This document shows, piece by piece, positions 28,961 to 43,870 of a stretch of DNA of 64,000 nucleotides. Numbering within the stretch: the first letter of the stretch is position 1; the number at the start of each line of letters is the position of its first letter. The notes beneath the pieces were generated by a model that did not search any database, was not told the origin of the DNA, and saw only the letters and a program-made list of their open reading frames with translations. Position numbers and translations under genes: made by a program. The stretch comes from the human T2T-CHM13v2.0 reference genome, Homo sapiens: the NCBI RefSeq assembly GCF_009914755.1, contig NC_060932.1; one strand, given 5' to 3'.

Positions 28961-31900
28961 AGACACCTATGAATGTGACCTGGGTCCTCATCTAGTAGTT
29001 AATCTCAGATTTGGGCTGACTCTCTAGATGTCCCCATCCTCATACCCATGTGCATTTTTCTAAAATTCCTAATGTTTGAAGAGGATTACTTCCCAGCAGA
29101 ATGGGATTGTCCTTTAGGCAAAGACATCCAAGTAGTCTTATGTTCTTGTTAGGGTCTCCTGATATGAGACAGAACAATAGGAGGAGCCAGAGGAAAGAAT
29201 CCTACACAAAATAAGTTCTTGATGACTTTAAGATGAGCCCTTTAAAGTGGAGTTTGTCAACGTAAAGGTCTTAATATAATTCATCTCTAAAGTATCAACT
29301 TATTTCAAACTACAGAATATCTGGTTAAGATAGGGCTCAGAATTTATTTCAATTTATTAATTGTTTAATAATATTTAATCCAAAATTATAATTTTGTCTC
29401 CTCGTTCACTAATCTGAGAATCTATCATTTCCTTAATCCTTGGGAATCTGTAGTCTGAAATTATTTTGATATCTTGTTTTGCCATCTAAGGTTTGCAAAG
29501 ACTAGCTGGAATTAACCTCTGTCCATTATTAGGACAAGTAAGAGCCAGTTCTTTATTTTTGTATTTTTATAAGGCTTAAATTTGATATAGTGGTCTCCCA
29601 GTTTGGAAAAAAAAAATGTGCCATTTAAAATAAAAGCCTGAGAATATTTAAAAGAAGTGGGACATAGATAATGTGTGTAGCCCACTTAGTATTTTAAAAA
29701 GTAATAATTGTGGATAGAGTAGAAAAGAGCAAAAGACAACCTTATCTTTGTAAAGTTATTTTTTTTTCTGTTATAGAAGCTGCTGCAGATGTCTTACACA
29801 AGAATGGCGAGAGCTGCAGGGAGTTAATCCAAAAGACAGTCAGAAGCAGTGCCCCTTGCTAAATGTGATTGTTATCTGACCTCATAAACAAGAATACACT
29901 AACCCTAGATGTCACTGACTTGATTGATTTTCAAACAGGGAAGACTGATGCTCTAATTTTCCTAATTAACTCAGATGATTCTATCAACCTGATGGGCAGA
30001 GCTTGCTTACTGAGAAATGATGTGAAAATTAAGATGCACAGACGGTTTTCTAAGAAACCTGATTCAAAGCACTATGCTTCCAATGCTAGGATTTTTACTC
30101 AAATGAATTCTAGCCCTGTTCCAGCTCCACCAAAGGAAATGTGTAGATTGAAATGTTTACATTTTGGCTTTCCGCAGACAAAAATGGAGGTATTAATACT
30201 ACTTTGTTGACAATTTCCACTTAATGATTTGTGTAACTAATAATTATCAATGACACGAATGAACATTATTAGGATCTGAGAAGTATAACGTTAACTTTTA
30301 CTTTCCCATATTCTTTCTGATAGACATGGAGGATTAAACTGCGTTTGAAAAAAAAAAGAAGCAAAATCTGAATAATGAGTATAATCTGTACATTTTTAAA
30401 CTACTTTATTTTGTCTGTAGGAGTTCTTTCTGCCAGTCTCTCAAATACAGGTTTTGCTCAAAGGAATGCATGCCTTATGCCAACATACCAGTCTTTTGGG
30501 GAATTAGGAATGCAAAAAATCTCTTTTTGTACCTTCGCTACCAACACATTTGCTGAGAATTAAAAGGGCCAGGATTTGACATTTTCCAGCTTGTTATCTA
30601 TTTAATTTTCCATCTGCTTCTTTTGCCACTGCCTTCCAAAGGAACATCTGCTGCATATCTGAGAAAAGGGAAGGAAGATTGGATCTGTGCCACCCGGGTC
30701 TGCAGTCTCAAACCTTGAGATCCAGAATAAGGGAAGGGAAGGAGACTAACAAATGGTCCAGAAAATAAAATGAGGACAAACAGTCTGTTAGAACAAAGCT
30801 GTATTTTTCTTTATTGCAGAGCCCACATGACTGGGCAAGTCGGGTGGTAATGTCTACAACCAGCAAGGGCTGGATGCAGGGGGAGGCAGGTGGTGACCAG
30901 CCAGTGGCAAGAGTACTTCCCAGAGCTTGGACACTCCCTCTGGTGCCTGACTCTCCATGTGGGACCCGGTTTCTCACACATTTCTTAAGCATTTATGGGG
31001 CAGCTGCTATGAGGCAATTTTGTTCTGAGTACTCTGGAGGCAGAGATGAATAAGACATAATCCCTGTGCTTAAAGAGCTAGCCTAAAATGGGGAAGATAG
31101 ACAAATGAACAACAGATCACAACATCACAATGAAAAATTCTACATCCTATGAAAAATTCTATATCCTAGGTAGGGAAGAAATGTCACAAAAATACATAGA
31201 AGTGGAAAGATGTATTCCTAATCCTATGAAGAGAAGTGGTGGTTCAAGGAAAGGAACATCTGTACAGAGACAGTGTTACAAGCTGAGTCTGGAAGGATAA
31301 GTAGGAATATTAGAAAACAAGGTTTTTTTCCTCCTTATCAATGAGGGGTAGTATAAAACAGCAAACCTTCATAATTGACTCAAAAAATTTAATCCTCCAA
31401 ACCTTAAACCCACCCACCACCCCTCTCAATTTCAAGGCATCAACATTTATATCAAAGAAATGTATCAACCAACTGGGTTCTGCCACTTTTCAATGTTACC
31501 TACAGAGTCACTAGTAAGGTTATCAAACTCTCATCAGAGTGAGATAAGAGGGTTAGCCTAATCATAACTTTCTGATTTGCTATGGTGGAGCAATGATGAG
31601 TGGCCAGTTGTCTGACTTTAACTTTTCTTAATTATCTAACTTTAACATCATCAAAATATTTGTATGTAAGATCACAATAGCAAATGCAATAAATTCTTAG
31701 AGTTAGGAGTGTATCTGCAAACTATCAGGTATGAATGAACCTCTACTCCACCATAAGGGATACAGAAATAAAAGACATGACCTTTCTGTCAAAGAAGCTG
31801 AAACCTAATTGCAATGACTGGAATGTTTAAAATGACTAACTATAATTTTTTAATCTCTTTTCTATAATTCTGACATGGCAAATATTTAACATTTAAATGA

Positions 31901-32442
31901 GAAAAGAGTAAGGACAATGCTATGCTTTATTGCTCAGTAAATGTTTGCTTTCTTCATTTTTCAATGCAGTCTACAAATAAGTATAAAACTTTTTATCATT
32001 TGCTTTATATTAGTCATAGTATATACTGAGATGCGAAAATAGTTGGTATAATCCCTGACTTTGCAATTATACTTTATCTTCATTTTAATAAATTTTATTT
32101 TTTTAAATATCCATTGGTGATATGGAAATAACTGTGGGAAAAGACTCAAACACACCTTTTTTTCTATCATCACATTTTCTTTCAACCTCAAAGAAAAGCC
32201 TTCCTCAATTTTAAAAACTCATTCAGAGAGAATTTTTTGAAGTTTTTTTTTAACCAATAAATAGCAAGCTATGAGATCAAATTAAATATTTGGAATATTT
32301 TTAGCTTGATTTAACTCACCCAAAACTCTTAAGATTATTATAAGCATGTAATGGTTATGTTTAGTTTACGGTTAGTTTCTTAAATGGAGTTTAAAGACAT
32401 TGCAATTTTTAATTTTTAAATAGGACTATTATATATGGTAGA

Positions 32443-33005
32443 TGTATTGGTCAGGGTTCTCTAGAGGGACAGAAATAATAGGATAGATGTTTATATGAAG
32501 GGAGTTTATTAAGGATAATTGATTCACACCACATGATCACACAGTAAAGTCCCACATAGGCCCTCTGCAAGTTGAGGAGCAAGGAAGCCAGTGGTGGATC
32601 AGTCTGAGTCCCAAAACCTCAGAAGTAGGGAAGCCAACAGTCCAGCCTTCAGTCTGTGGCCAAAGGCCTGACAGCCCCTGGCAAACTACTGGTGTAAGTC
32701 CAAGAGTCCAAAAGCCAAAGAACTTGGAGTCTGATATTTGAGGGCAGAAAGCATCCAGCACAGAAGAAAGATGAAGGCCAGAAGACTCAGCAAGTCTGCT
32801 CTTCCATCTTCTCCTGCCTGCTTTATTCTAGCCATTCTGGCAGCTGTAGTAGTTGGTACCCACCCAGATTGAGGGTGGGTCTGCCCCTCCTAGTCCACTG
32901 ACTCAAATGTTAATCTCCTTTGGCAACACCCTCACAGACACACCCAAGGACGATACTTTGCATCCTTCAATCCAATCAAGTTTACACTCAATATTAACCA
33001 TCTCA
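32443..33005 (-). mobile_element. MLT2A (MLT2A2-like) HERV-L solo LTR with intact 5-bp TSD
   Basis: tgtattggtcagggttctctagagggacag...caatattaaccatctca; TSD gtaga at 32438-32442 and 33006-33010. Confidence 0.92.
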
Positions 33006-34367
33006 GTAGATAAGAAAATTTCCTGTGTTGTTCACCTGTAATGAATGAGCTTAAAAAGAGGCTGATGATTGAAACTTTTTACTATTTCAAATTGAGAAAG
33101 AAATGAGATTTTCTATGCTATTACATTATTCTTCTATTAGAAAAACTTCCAAAGTAAACTATATCAGGAGGCCATAGTCCAATTCTTCCTAAATTAAAGT
33201 TGATAGAAGCACAGAATATTTTTGAGTTGGAATGTATGCCAGAGTTACTTAGTGATTTATAAGTGGGAAAACTGAGAACCAGGAAGGTTAGATACCTAAA
33301 TCTTACTTGTTTGGGTTTATAACTATGCCCTAAGCTTCTTCAGCATATCAGGATCCGTGGTATTGTGTTATCACCCTCAGTCGTTTTGTGTTTTGTCTTT
33401 TCAGCCATAAAAAAATTTTGTTTAGGGACAGAGACAAATAAATCTTTTCCTTGGCTGAACTTGAATGTACCATTTCCACTCAAGATTCTAGAAAATCAGA
33501 TTTCACTGGCTGGTCCCATGATCTGAAAGAGTGGCCCTGTCACCATCTTATTCCACACCAACCTGGTTTTTGTTGTTGGTTCTCCCTGAGACTTTAGGGA
33601 GACAAGCACAGCAGGTGGTACCATCCACAGCTCACCCATCTACCTTGAGTAAGCTTGGCAAGTACACTTATTCAGTCTGCAGTGACCTCTGCAGTGACCC
33701 TGGGGCTGTTTCAGTGAATGCTGCTTTTGTGGCTCAGGTGTTGTCCTAGAAGTTAATTGTCAATGAGCCTCAGGTAAAGTTACTGAAGGAAAGACATAAG
33801 CAGATTTAGTAAACCATTTAAATACTCCAATCCTAACATTTTCTGAATTTTAAATAACTACACATAATTTTCTTTGTCTTCAGCATAATACGGATCAAGC
33901 ATAATAAATACATCAAGAGTGAATTAAGCCAATTGCTGAAACATGGTTGCATTTTGTTGGTAATAGTGAAAATATATGATGGCGTGGTCAACATTCAAAT
34001 GAGACATAGAACAAACCCTGAGTTAGTCACATTCTGATCTTCCCCCTCCGCCACCGGATATTTATTTTTTCTTTTCTACAGATGTCTATTTTGCAACTCT
34101 GCTGGTTTTGTCCTTTTTCTTAATCTTGAGGCAGGTATATTGGGAGGCAAGATATTCCAGTCATTTCTGCAGCTTTTTTATTCATCTCCTGGTGGGTGGA
34201 TGAGAGTGATGCTGTAGCCTCCAGGGCTCGACAGATCTTTTCCCTTCTCTCCACCCTCTCTCTCTAGGATCAATCTGGGATTGATGGGTACATGGTAAAA
34301 GAAAAAAAAAAATCCTGGGTATTTTTTTCTACCATACTTCTAATTGCATTTGTTTTGTCACCCTTAG

Positions 34368-34504
34368 GACTACCAAGAAGCCTCCAATTTGGAACAATTC
34401 GTAACTAGATTTTTATTGAAGGAAACCCTGAATCAGCTGCAGTCTCTCCAGAATTCCCTGGAATGTGCCATGGAAACTACTGAGGAGCAAACCCGTCAAG
34501 AAAG
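34368..34504 (+). CDS. NECAB1: NECAB1 internal coding exon (137 nt, phase 0 to 2; probably exon 6)
   Basis: Acceptor ttttgtcacccttag|GAC. Translates [45 protein letters not shown]+AG, recognised as NECAB1. Donor is non-canonical AAG|gcaatt. Joins in frame to the next exon. Confidence 0.95.
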
Positions 34505-34713
34505 GCAATTTACATGTTTTCATCTGATGTCTATTTAGTGACTCTATGTTCATGAAAAAACAATTGAGAGGCATTGTACTTACACTAGCAAAAACTAAAA
34601 AAGAGAATTGATATATTTAAAAAGAATGACAGTGACCTCCACTGGTTGCTTGCCTTATTATTTGCCTCTAAAAAGACCATTCTACTTTTTCTTTTACTGT
34701 CAGTCATTTAGTA

Positions 34714-35182
<469 letters not shown>

Positions 35183-35480
35183 TGAGTCAACAAATTTTAA
35201 TTGAAAATTTAGTAGATGGAGAAGACTTTAAAGTATTATGAATAATATAAAGATACATTTAACATAATGTCAATCCTTAAGGAAGCCTAAGTCTATCATA
35301 TAAATAAGACATGAACACAAAAACTATACTGCAAAGAACAAAGTGATAATAAATACCGTAGAGAAGAGGAAATACATTGCCAATTGTTTTCAGAATATTA
35401 AAAGATTAAATATGGATAGAGGGATGGAAGGATGAGAAAGTCAATTTCATGGAGTTTCTCTATTTGAGCTTGTCTTGCAA

Positions 35481-35763
35481 AATCAAGAGATCAGTGAAAA
35501 AGCCTGGTGGGAAGACAAGACTTGAACTGGACCTGTAGGATGAATTTGAATGGCAGAATGAGAGTCTCTCTAGAGGGATCCGTCTCACCCACCTCCTGTT
35601 ACCCACCTCTCATGTGGCTCACTTCTCTTTGGTTGTCTGGTCACTGATTGGACAGTAATTTCTCTGGGAAGCCTTCACTGCTCATTCATACCTCCCACTT
35701 CACTACCGTGTATTCCTATAGTGCCCCCTATTTATATCTACTTATCTCAACCCCTTCCTTGTT
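35481..35763 (+). repeat. Copy 1 of 283-bp local duplication
   Basis: Ungapped match to 37362-37644; about 26 mismatches by manual count. Confidence 0.95.
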
Positions 35764-37361
35764 AATTTGGTGTAATTTTGAAAATGTGGAAATGATGGGA
35801 AAGACCCTTACAGACTACATGAACCTGGATATACTTGGGAGACCTGATAATTCAGTAAGCCTAATTATTTCAGGAAATGGAGAAAAGTGAATGATGGAAG
35901 TTATTTCAAAATTCAATGCCACCAATAGGTATCACTGAGAAAATAAGTAGTCATATTGCAATAGCTATATAAATAAAGGCACTAATGCTTAAGAGACACC
36001 TATACTAAAAATGTGTAGGGCACACATCAAGGTGATCCCAGCCAACAGTTGATATTTTTCTGAGTTGTCATTGCTTATACTTTGCAAGCTAGAGAAGCTT
36101 GCAAAACTCTTGCTCCTGGGGCATATTTTGGCAGATGTGTTACTTTAAACTTATAGATGTGCTTTATCTAACTTTTACATCTTAAATTAGAGAGAAGGAA
36201 ACAGTAAGTTTTCTGAACAGGCTGATAATAGACTACCCTGCAGGACCAATTTTCCTGAACAAATTAACTGATACATAATTATTAGGACATCTCCAAAATA
36301 GTGGAATTTTCAACCATGTGTTTACAATGTCAAAATGAGTGAGCACCACCAACTTCTAACAAAAAATCCTGTAATTCCAGAATCTAATGAGTCCATGCAG
36401 CTGACTGTCACAGGGAAGTACTCTTTAGCAGATCTGTGAAGCATCCTCTACATCATAAACTTCCTGTTTTCACTGCGTTGGGTGATTCTATACCAAATGG
36501 CAAAGTATAACAATTCACTTTAGAAAAGCAAAACCCACCTCCTCAGCTTTGAGCAGAGGATAACTGAATGTCTTGAAGCACAGTGAAATGGATTTCATGT
36601 TCCTAATGAGAAAAATGAGGCCTCCTGTGTTGTTTCTTTTGTTTGGACTTTCTGGAAATAAAATGGGAACTCCCTTTTTAGAATCAGTCATCTGCCACCT
36701 GAGAAGAGGCTTGAAAAAGTGCTCTACTCCCCTTCTTCACCTGCGCTTTTGTTTTTTTCTACAGTCATCCCCTGAAAACTTGTGCTCTGCATTTACCACC
36801 ATGCTGTGAATGTTTAATGAACAACTGTTTTCTGTGTTAGGCCACAGGCTAGCCTTGAACTCTTGTGACTGCTGCCAGCAGCTGCCTAGCAGCTGTGCTT
36901 AATGAGAAGGAGCATGACAATATAGACTTTAAGGAAAGTAGAAGGCACTAGAGGATTAACGAACCTTTTACTTCTGGATTTCTCACTCAAAAACAGCTTC
37001 AAATAATGGGAAATGTTACACGTCTGACTGCAGTTTAAGGGGTGCTGTTGTATGGCATTTGACTAAGACACCCAGGAATGACAAAATCCCACCCCAAATC
37101 TGTGATATTCCCCCTGAGAGGTTTATAAAGAAATGCATAAACAAGCAAACAGAAAATAAGGTACCACTATGGATTTATGCCCGTAATATCTGATGAACCA
37201 GACTGAAGCACGTGAATTATGCCCAAACCTAAAGGGACTGTGTCTCCTCTCCCAAGGCTATATCTTCCTATCAGCTGGCCACCAAAAGTGAGGAGAGCCC
37301 TGGGACCTTCATCAGTGAGGAAAAGATAGAGAGAGAAAAACTATACCTTTCCTATGATGTC

Positions 37362-37644
37362 AATCAAGAGACCAGTGAAAACGCCTGATGGGAAGACAAG
37401 ACTTGAAGTGGAACTTTAGGATGAATTTTAATGGCAGAATGAGATTCTCTCTAGAGGGATCCGTCTCACCCATCTCATGTTACCCATCTCTCATCTGGCT
37501 CACTTCTCCTCGTCTGTCTTGTCACTGATTGGACAGTACTTTCTCTGGGAAGCCTTCACTGCTCATTTATACTTCCCACCTCATTACCATGTATTCCCAT
37601 AGTGCCCTCTATTTATATCTACTTATCTCAGCCCCTTCCTTGTT
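37362..37644 (+). repeat. Copy 2 of 283-bp local duplication (runs into an L2 3' end)
   Basis: Same alignment; continues to gtgaatgaatgaa at about 37740. Confidence 0.95.
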
Positions 37645-37883
37645 TATCTCCCCCATTAGACATTGAGTTTTTAGATGGCAGAGACTTTGCATAAGTCCCC
37701 TCTACTTACTACAACTGCATGGTAAACATATGAAAGTGAATGAATGAAAGGAATTCTAGGTGAAAGGAGTGCTACACAGGAGCAGTTGGTGAGGACCCAG
37801 AACACTGAGGAGACCAATCTAACAGTCATCTGGGGTTCAGAAAGATCTTAAAAGCTAGAAAGATGCAAACAAAAATTCACCAG

Positions 37884-38564
<681 letters not shown>

Positions 38565-39333
38565 CAAGAGTTACAACCTGCAGGTATCATTAAAATCTCT
38601 AGGATTGTGATAATTTGCTTTCCCTTCAGCATCAACATTACTTTGGGATTTAATATTTGTGAAACCTAGGGATACAAAGACTCCTTGGAATATAGCAAAT
38701 TTAGGGAAGTCATCTATTCCATCTATCAGCCCCGGGGAGAATCACACAGTATCATTCATCCTGCAGTAATGAGGTAGACATGCCATGTTGGGCAAAATGT
38801 CTGTGTCTATTCATGTAAAAATGGATATTTGAGAGAGAAAGGATGTGTACAGCTGGAATGCCACAGAGGTGGAATTTTCAGATGGCATGCTACAACACTC
38901 TTTGTATCTGCCCTGGCAAACTGACTAAATGTGAATTACATTAATTCCATGTGTTCAGAAAGTACGTAATAGCTAATGACAAGAATAATAAGTATGTTAT
39001 ATGGAAGTTTCCCCCTAGGGGTCCCCTATTCTCTTACATAAAACTCTCTTCCTCACAAACTAAATTTCTAGGAACACAGTTTTCATTATATGTGGATTTC
39101 CTTTTTATAATGGAATCCACAAGTTTGCTCTATTTCCCAAAGTTTTTCTATATCCAGGAACGTAATTAATTCCTTCTTGACTTGAAAGTTATTTTTCTCC
39201 TTTTGATAGTTGTCTATTATAGAAGTGAGGAAAAGCTTTAATTTCACAAACAGGTGGTTATAAAAGTTTAGACAGCTTAGATTTCCTTAGCTTGAACATA
39301 GAGGAGGATTGCTCTAATCACCTACTCCCCTGA

Positions 39334-39693
<360 letters not shown>

Positions 39694-39719
39694 AAAAACT
39701 TGGATTTTTTTATACCATA

Positions 39720-41370
39720 GGAAAATTCATAGGGAGATTTAGTTAAAGATTGATGATTAAATGTATGATTTCTTTTGCTCTCTCTCTAAACCCTTCAAAA
39801 CATGACATAAAAGTACCTGGATAAAAGGAGGCATTAACCTGCAAAAATAAGAATAGAAGAAGAGCCAAAGGGACAGAAACTTGGAAGGTGGAGAGAAGGT
39901 GAATCTAGTGGAAATTGATTTAGAAGCTCTGAGAAAGCTGAAACTGAAGCAGGCAATGTAAGAAGCCAAGATACAATATATTTGGTATCACAGAACCTCA
40001 GAAAAGCTCAAGACTTGGCTGTACCATGTGGAACTGAAAATGAGGGTGAAGGTAGGGCTGATATATTGTTGGAAGCTCCACCCAGTGCTATATAGTGACT
40101 GCTCCTACCCGATCCTTGAAGAACCCCAGACATAAGCTGTCTGGAGAAGGTGAGCATATGTATACCTGGCACAGCTGATAGGACACAATACTAACAAAGG
40201 AGATACTAACTGAAAGTCACCATACTGAAGAGTGAGATGTGAAATCTCCTTCATATATTTTACTCCCAGAGTACTAACAACAGGGCTCAGACCCTCCAGT
40301 TGGGGCGTGCTTCTTTGAGGGATCTGATTAATCCCAGAGAAAAGACTTAACAATGCCAATGGTCAAGGTTCCCTGAAGAATAGGCCCAGCCAGGCCACTG
40401 TACAGTGAAGACTGCAAGTTGGCAATCCCTGCCACAAACAAAGAGGTTCCAGTCAGACTTGTAGTTCCTCCTTCTAAAATGTATGGGGTCAACCAAAAGG
40501 ACAAATCAAACACAAGAAAAGAAACTCGAAAGAAACAGATAATCCAGAGAGCAGACAAAAAATTTCAAAAGAAAGTTTTCAATACCTTCAAAAACTAAAT
40601 AAAAGATATTGCATTTATGAATTAAGGATAGAATGCTTTAAAAATAATATTCAAAGCACACAAAAGAGGTCTTGGAAATTATGATTGCAAAAATTACATT
40701 CTCTGAGGAAGGTTGAAATATAAAAGTGTGAGGAAATCTCCACAAAGAGGTGAAATATAAGAGATAAGGAAACTAGAGGCTCAGTCCAAGAGGTCTACTG
40801 TTTGTAAAACAGCAATTCCAGAAAGAGAACAAAGCAGAAAAATTATCAAAGGAAGAATTTAAGAAAAATAGTCAGAATTGGAATATGTGTCCAGTTTGAT
40901 AGAACAGATCAAGAGCTCATTATAATGCTAATAAAAGTCCAACACAAAATACATCATTATGAAGTTTCACAATACTGGAAACAAAGACAAGTGTCTAAAA
41001 ACTCCCAGAGAGAAAAACCAGGCCATATGCAAATAATCAAGAAAACACTAGATTTTTCACTAGTGACTCTGGGATATAGAACACAATGGAGCAAATTTTT
41101 CAAAACAATTGGCAATCTAGAAATCTGTATGCCATAAAACCATCAATAAAGTAAGGAAGATGTTTATTCATGCAATGTTTCAAGAATTTTACCTTTCATT
41201 ATGCACCTTTTCTTATGAAGCAATTAGGGGATATTTTCCACCAAAACAAAGGAGTCAGGTAAGAAAAAAAATGAAATCTAGTAAAAGGGGGATCAGAGGT
41301 CATCCAACACAGGAGAAAGGCTAAAGGAATCTTCCCTAGCTGATAGATAATGAAAATTTTTGGATGAGTA
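39720..41370 (+). mobile_element. Old L1M 5'/ORF1 region
   Basis: gaaactagaggctcagtccaagaggtc, ggagcaaatttttcaaa..., caagaattttacctttca. Confidence 0.6.
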
Positions 41371-42437
41371 CATTAATCTTAGATTTGTCTTAAACACAGA
41401 AGGATTATATCTTACACACAAGGGATTATATCTCCTATAAAGAAATCTTGTTGGAGGCAGCTTAAGTATTATGTCCTTACAGATTTATCATAGACACTCT
41501 TTCTTTTTCACATATTAAGTGCATATTAATATAATAAACTATTGCCAAGTTTGCCTCATAGACCAAGATGTTTGTTGGCGATCCAGCTACCATGTTCACA
41601 TTCCAACCAGGAAAGAAGATTAAGGAAAGACAAAAGGGATCCCTTCTAGCTGAATCTGTACTTTTAAGCAGCCTTCCTGGAAATTCCTTACAACATTTCC
41701 ATTTGTATATCATTGGCCTGAGCTTTTCATATTGTGAAGTTAATAGATAAAGCCTAAAACTAAAAATTAAAGACATAGCAATTTAAGCATGTTATATACT
41801 GATAATTTAGAAGGTGTTTACTTTCATATCAGTATATAACATATACTGTATATAGTATATAAGATATACTGTATATAATATATATTTTAACATATGCTAC
41901 TTTCATATCATAACATATACTCATATGAAAGTAAACACCTGCTAAAAAGTGTTGCCTTTTTGAAAGAGGAGTGGGAATATGATATGGGGGTGAAGCGAGG
42001 GAGCTCCTGTTTGTTGAAATAAGATTTATAGAATCATTTGACTCCTAAAAATATATGGATGTATAGCTTTGATCCAAAAAATTAAAAACTGAATTACAGA
42101 AAAAACTCCATAAGTGTTTTCAAATTAAACAAAATACAATAGCTGCATACACGTTTTTCCACTGAAAGTTGACCAACAAAGGAAAAAAGCCTACCTTAAA
42201 TTACAATTTTTACTCAGAATTTTAAGAATAAAGAAAGCTCAGAATTCTCTTTCTTAGGTTCACATACTGTAGTACCAAATTACATTGGGTTTCTAGAGCA
42301 TTTACAAGCAGTCATTCTCATAAGTTTTCATTTTGCTGCACTAGAAAACCTTTATGACTGACGCATGAAGATCTCTTCCCTGAAGGAAGAGACTGAAGCA
42401 CTAACATTAAGGTTAAATGTTATCTCTGTTGATCAAG

Positions 42438-42559
42438 GCAAGGGCCAGCCAAGCCAGAAGTCCTGTCGATTCAATGGCCTGGAAAACGATCAAGCCGCCG
42501 AGTCCAGAGACACAACAGCTTCTCCCCAAACAGCCCTCAGTTTAATGTCAGCGGTCCAG
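42438..42559 (+). CDS. NECAB1: NECAB1 internal coding exon (122 nt, phase 2 to 1)
   Basis: Branch-like CACTAAC at 42399-42405, acceptor gttgatcaag|G. Translates (R)QGPAKPEVLSIQWPGKRSSRRVQRHNSFSPNSPQFNVSGP(G). Donor CAG|gtaaca. Confidence 0.95.
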
Positions 42560-43439
42560 GTAACATACCCTTCATTTGTTTTTATTTGTCAAAGTCTATT
42601 TATCTTGCGTTTTCCAATTGATTATTTTAACAAACAACAGATAAGACAATAGTAATGGAACACTTTCCTTATACCAAGTAAGTTTGAGACAGAAGCAGTG
42701 AAGAGTGTAGTATGAAGAACTGGGGTGGTGAGCCTAAAATCAGCATGGTCAGAATCCTAGCAGTTGTGCCTGGAAAGCACACAGAGAGATGGTGAATAGG
42801 GAAGGCAGTAGCTTCATCAGCTAACATCTAAAAGACTTGACGTCTATAAGGACCCCCCATGATCTTGAAATAAAGGGACTCTACCCTAATATGCTCTAGA
42901 TCTCCAAGCCTCCCTAAGCCTATCCTAAGTTCATCTGGGGAAAGGATCCTTGTTTTCATAATAGGATTAGTCATAGCTGGTGTTTTTGAAGTTTGTAATG
43001 TGATATAAGATTTACTGGGCTAAACCATACCCATAATTGTTAGGTTATTAAATTTTAACTGTGTCACTTATAACCATTTTAAAATCAATTTGAAATATGC
43101 AAACTCATGTTGCTAAATATTGGAGTAATTTTTATAAAGCATGCATATATACATGCACATATGTCACTTGAACGTGTCATTTTAACACGAGTCTTTATCT
43201 AATATTCAGAAAATCAAGGTATAAGCTATATTCTATATTTTCACCAACTGTACTTGAAAGATTTCAGAGTATTTTTATGAATAAAGTCTTATTTTATCTT
43301 GACACCTGATAAAATAGATGTTAATTTCCCTATTTCTCCATTTCACAGGTAAGGAAACAAGCCTGGGAAGTTAAGTGATTTGTCCAAGGTCATATGGAAT
43401 ATTAGTCCATTTTTATTGTGAAGCGACCTTAAAATCTTG

Positions 43440-43870
43440 ATGGTTACACCTGTAGATACTTGTTTTTCTCTCTCATGAGTCTATGGTTGGTGATTTGGGC
43501 AATTTCAGTTGGATGTGGTTCCAGGCTGTATGTAGGTTGAGTTTGGCCCCACTCCTCATGTAGCCTCCTTCTGGAATAAGCAACAGCTGGAGCATTTTCT
43601 TCTCCTAGTGGGTGTCAGAAGCACATGCAGCCAGCCCAAAATTATACATGCATATTAAAAACCATTGTTTTATGTACTGTGTGCATCTTGTCTGGTACCT
43701 CTCCATTGGCCAAACAAATCACATGTCAAGCACAGTAACAATGGGGAGGGAAATGTGCTTCATTCATTATAACAGGAGATACTGCAAAGTTGTGGTGCAA
43801 GGGTATATACAGATACTTCTATAGCAGGAAGAAATTGAAGAATTGGGAAAAATAATATGATCTACCACAT
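43440..43870 (-). mobile_element. MLT1-type LTR fragment
   Basis: ctccattggccaaacaaatcacatg...aataatatgatctaccaca. Confidence 0.6.

Noticed and set aside
29869-30210. 113-aa ORF in unique sequence
   Set aside because: Non-ATG start, no recognisable domain, no matching splice structure; consistent with chance.
31131-31168. 19-bp tandem duplication (tgaaaaattctacatccta / tgaaaaattctatatccta) and similar short ones near 33677 and 46737
   Set aside because: Ordinary slippage duplications with no further structure.
42365-42652. ORFs overlapping real exons (42365, 57615, 57649)
   Set aside because: Alternative-frame or antisense shadows of NECAB1 exons.
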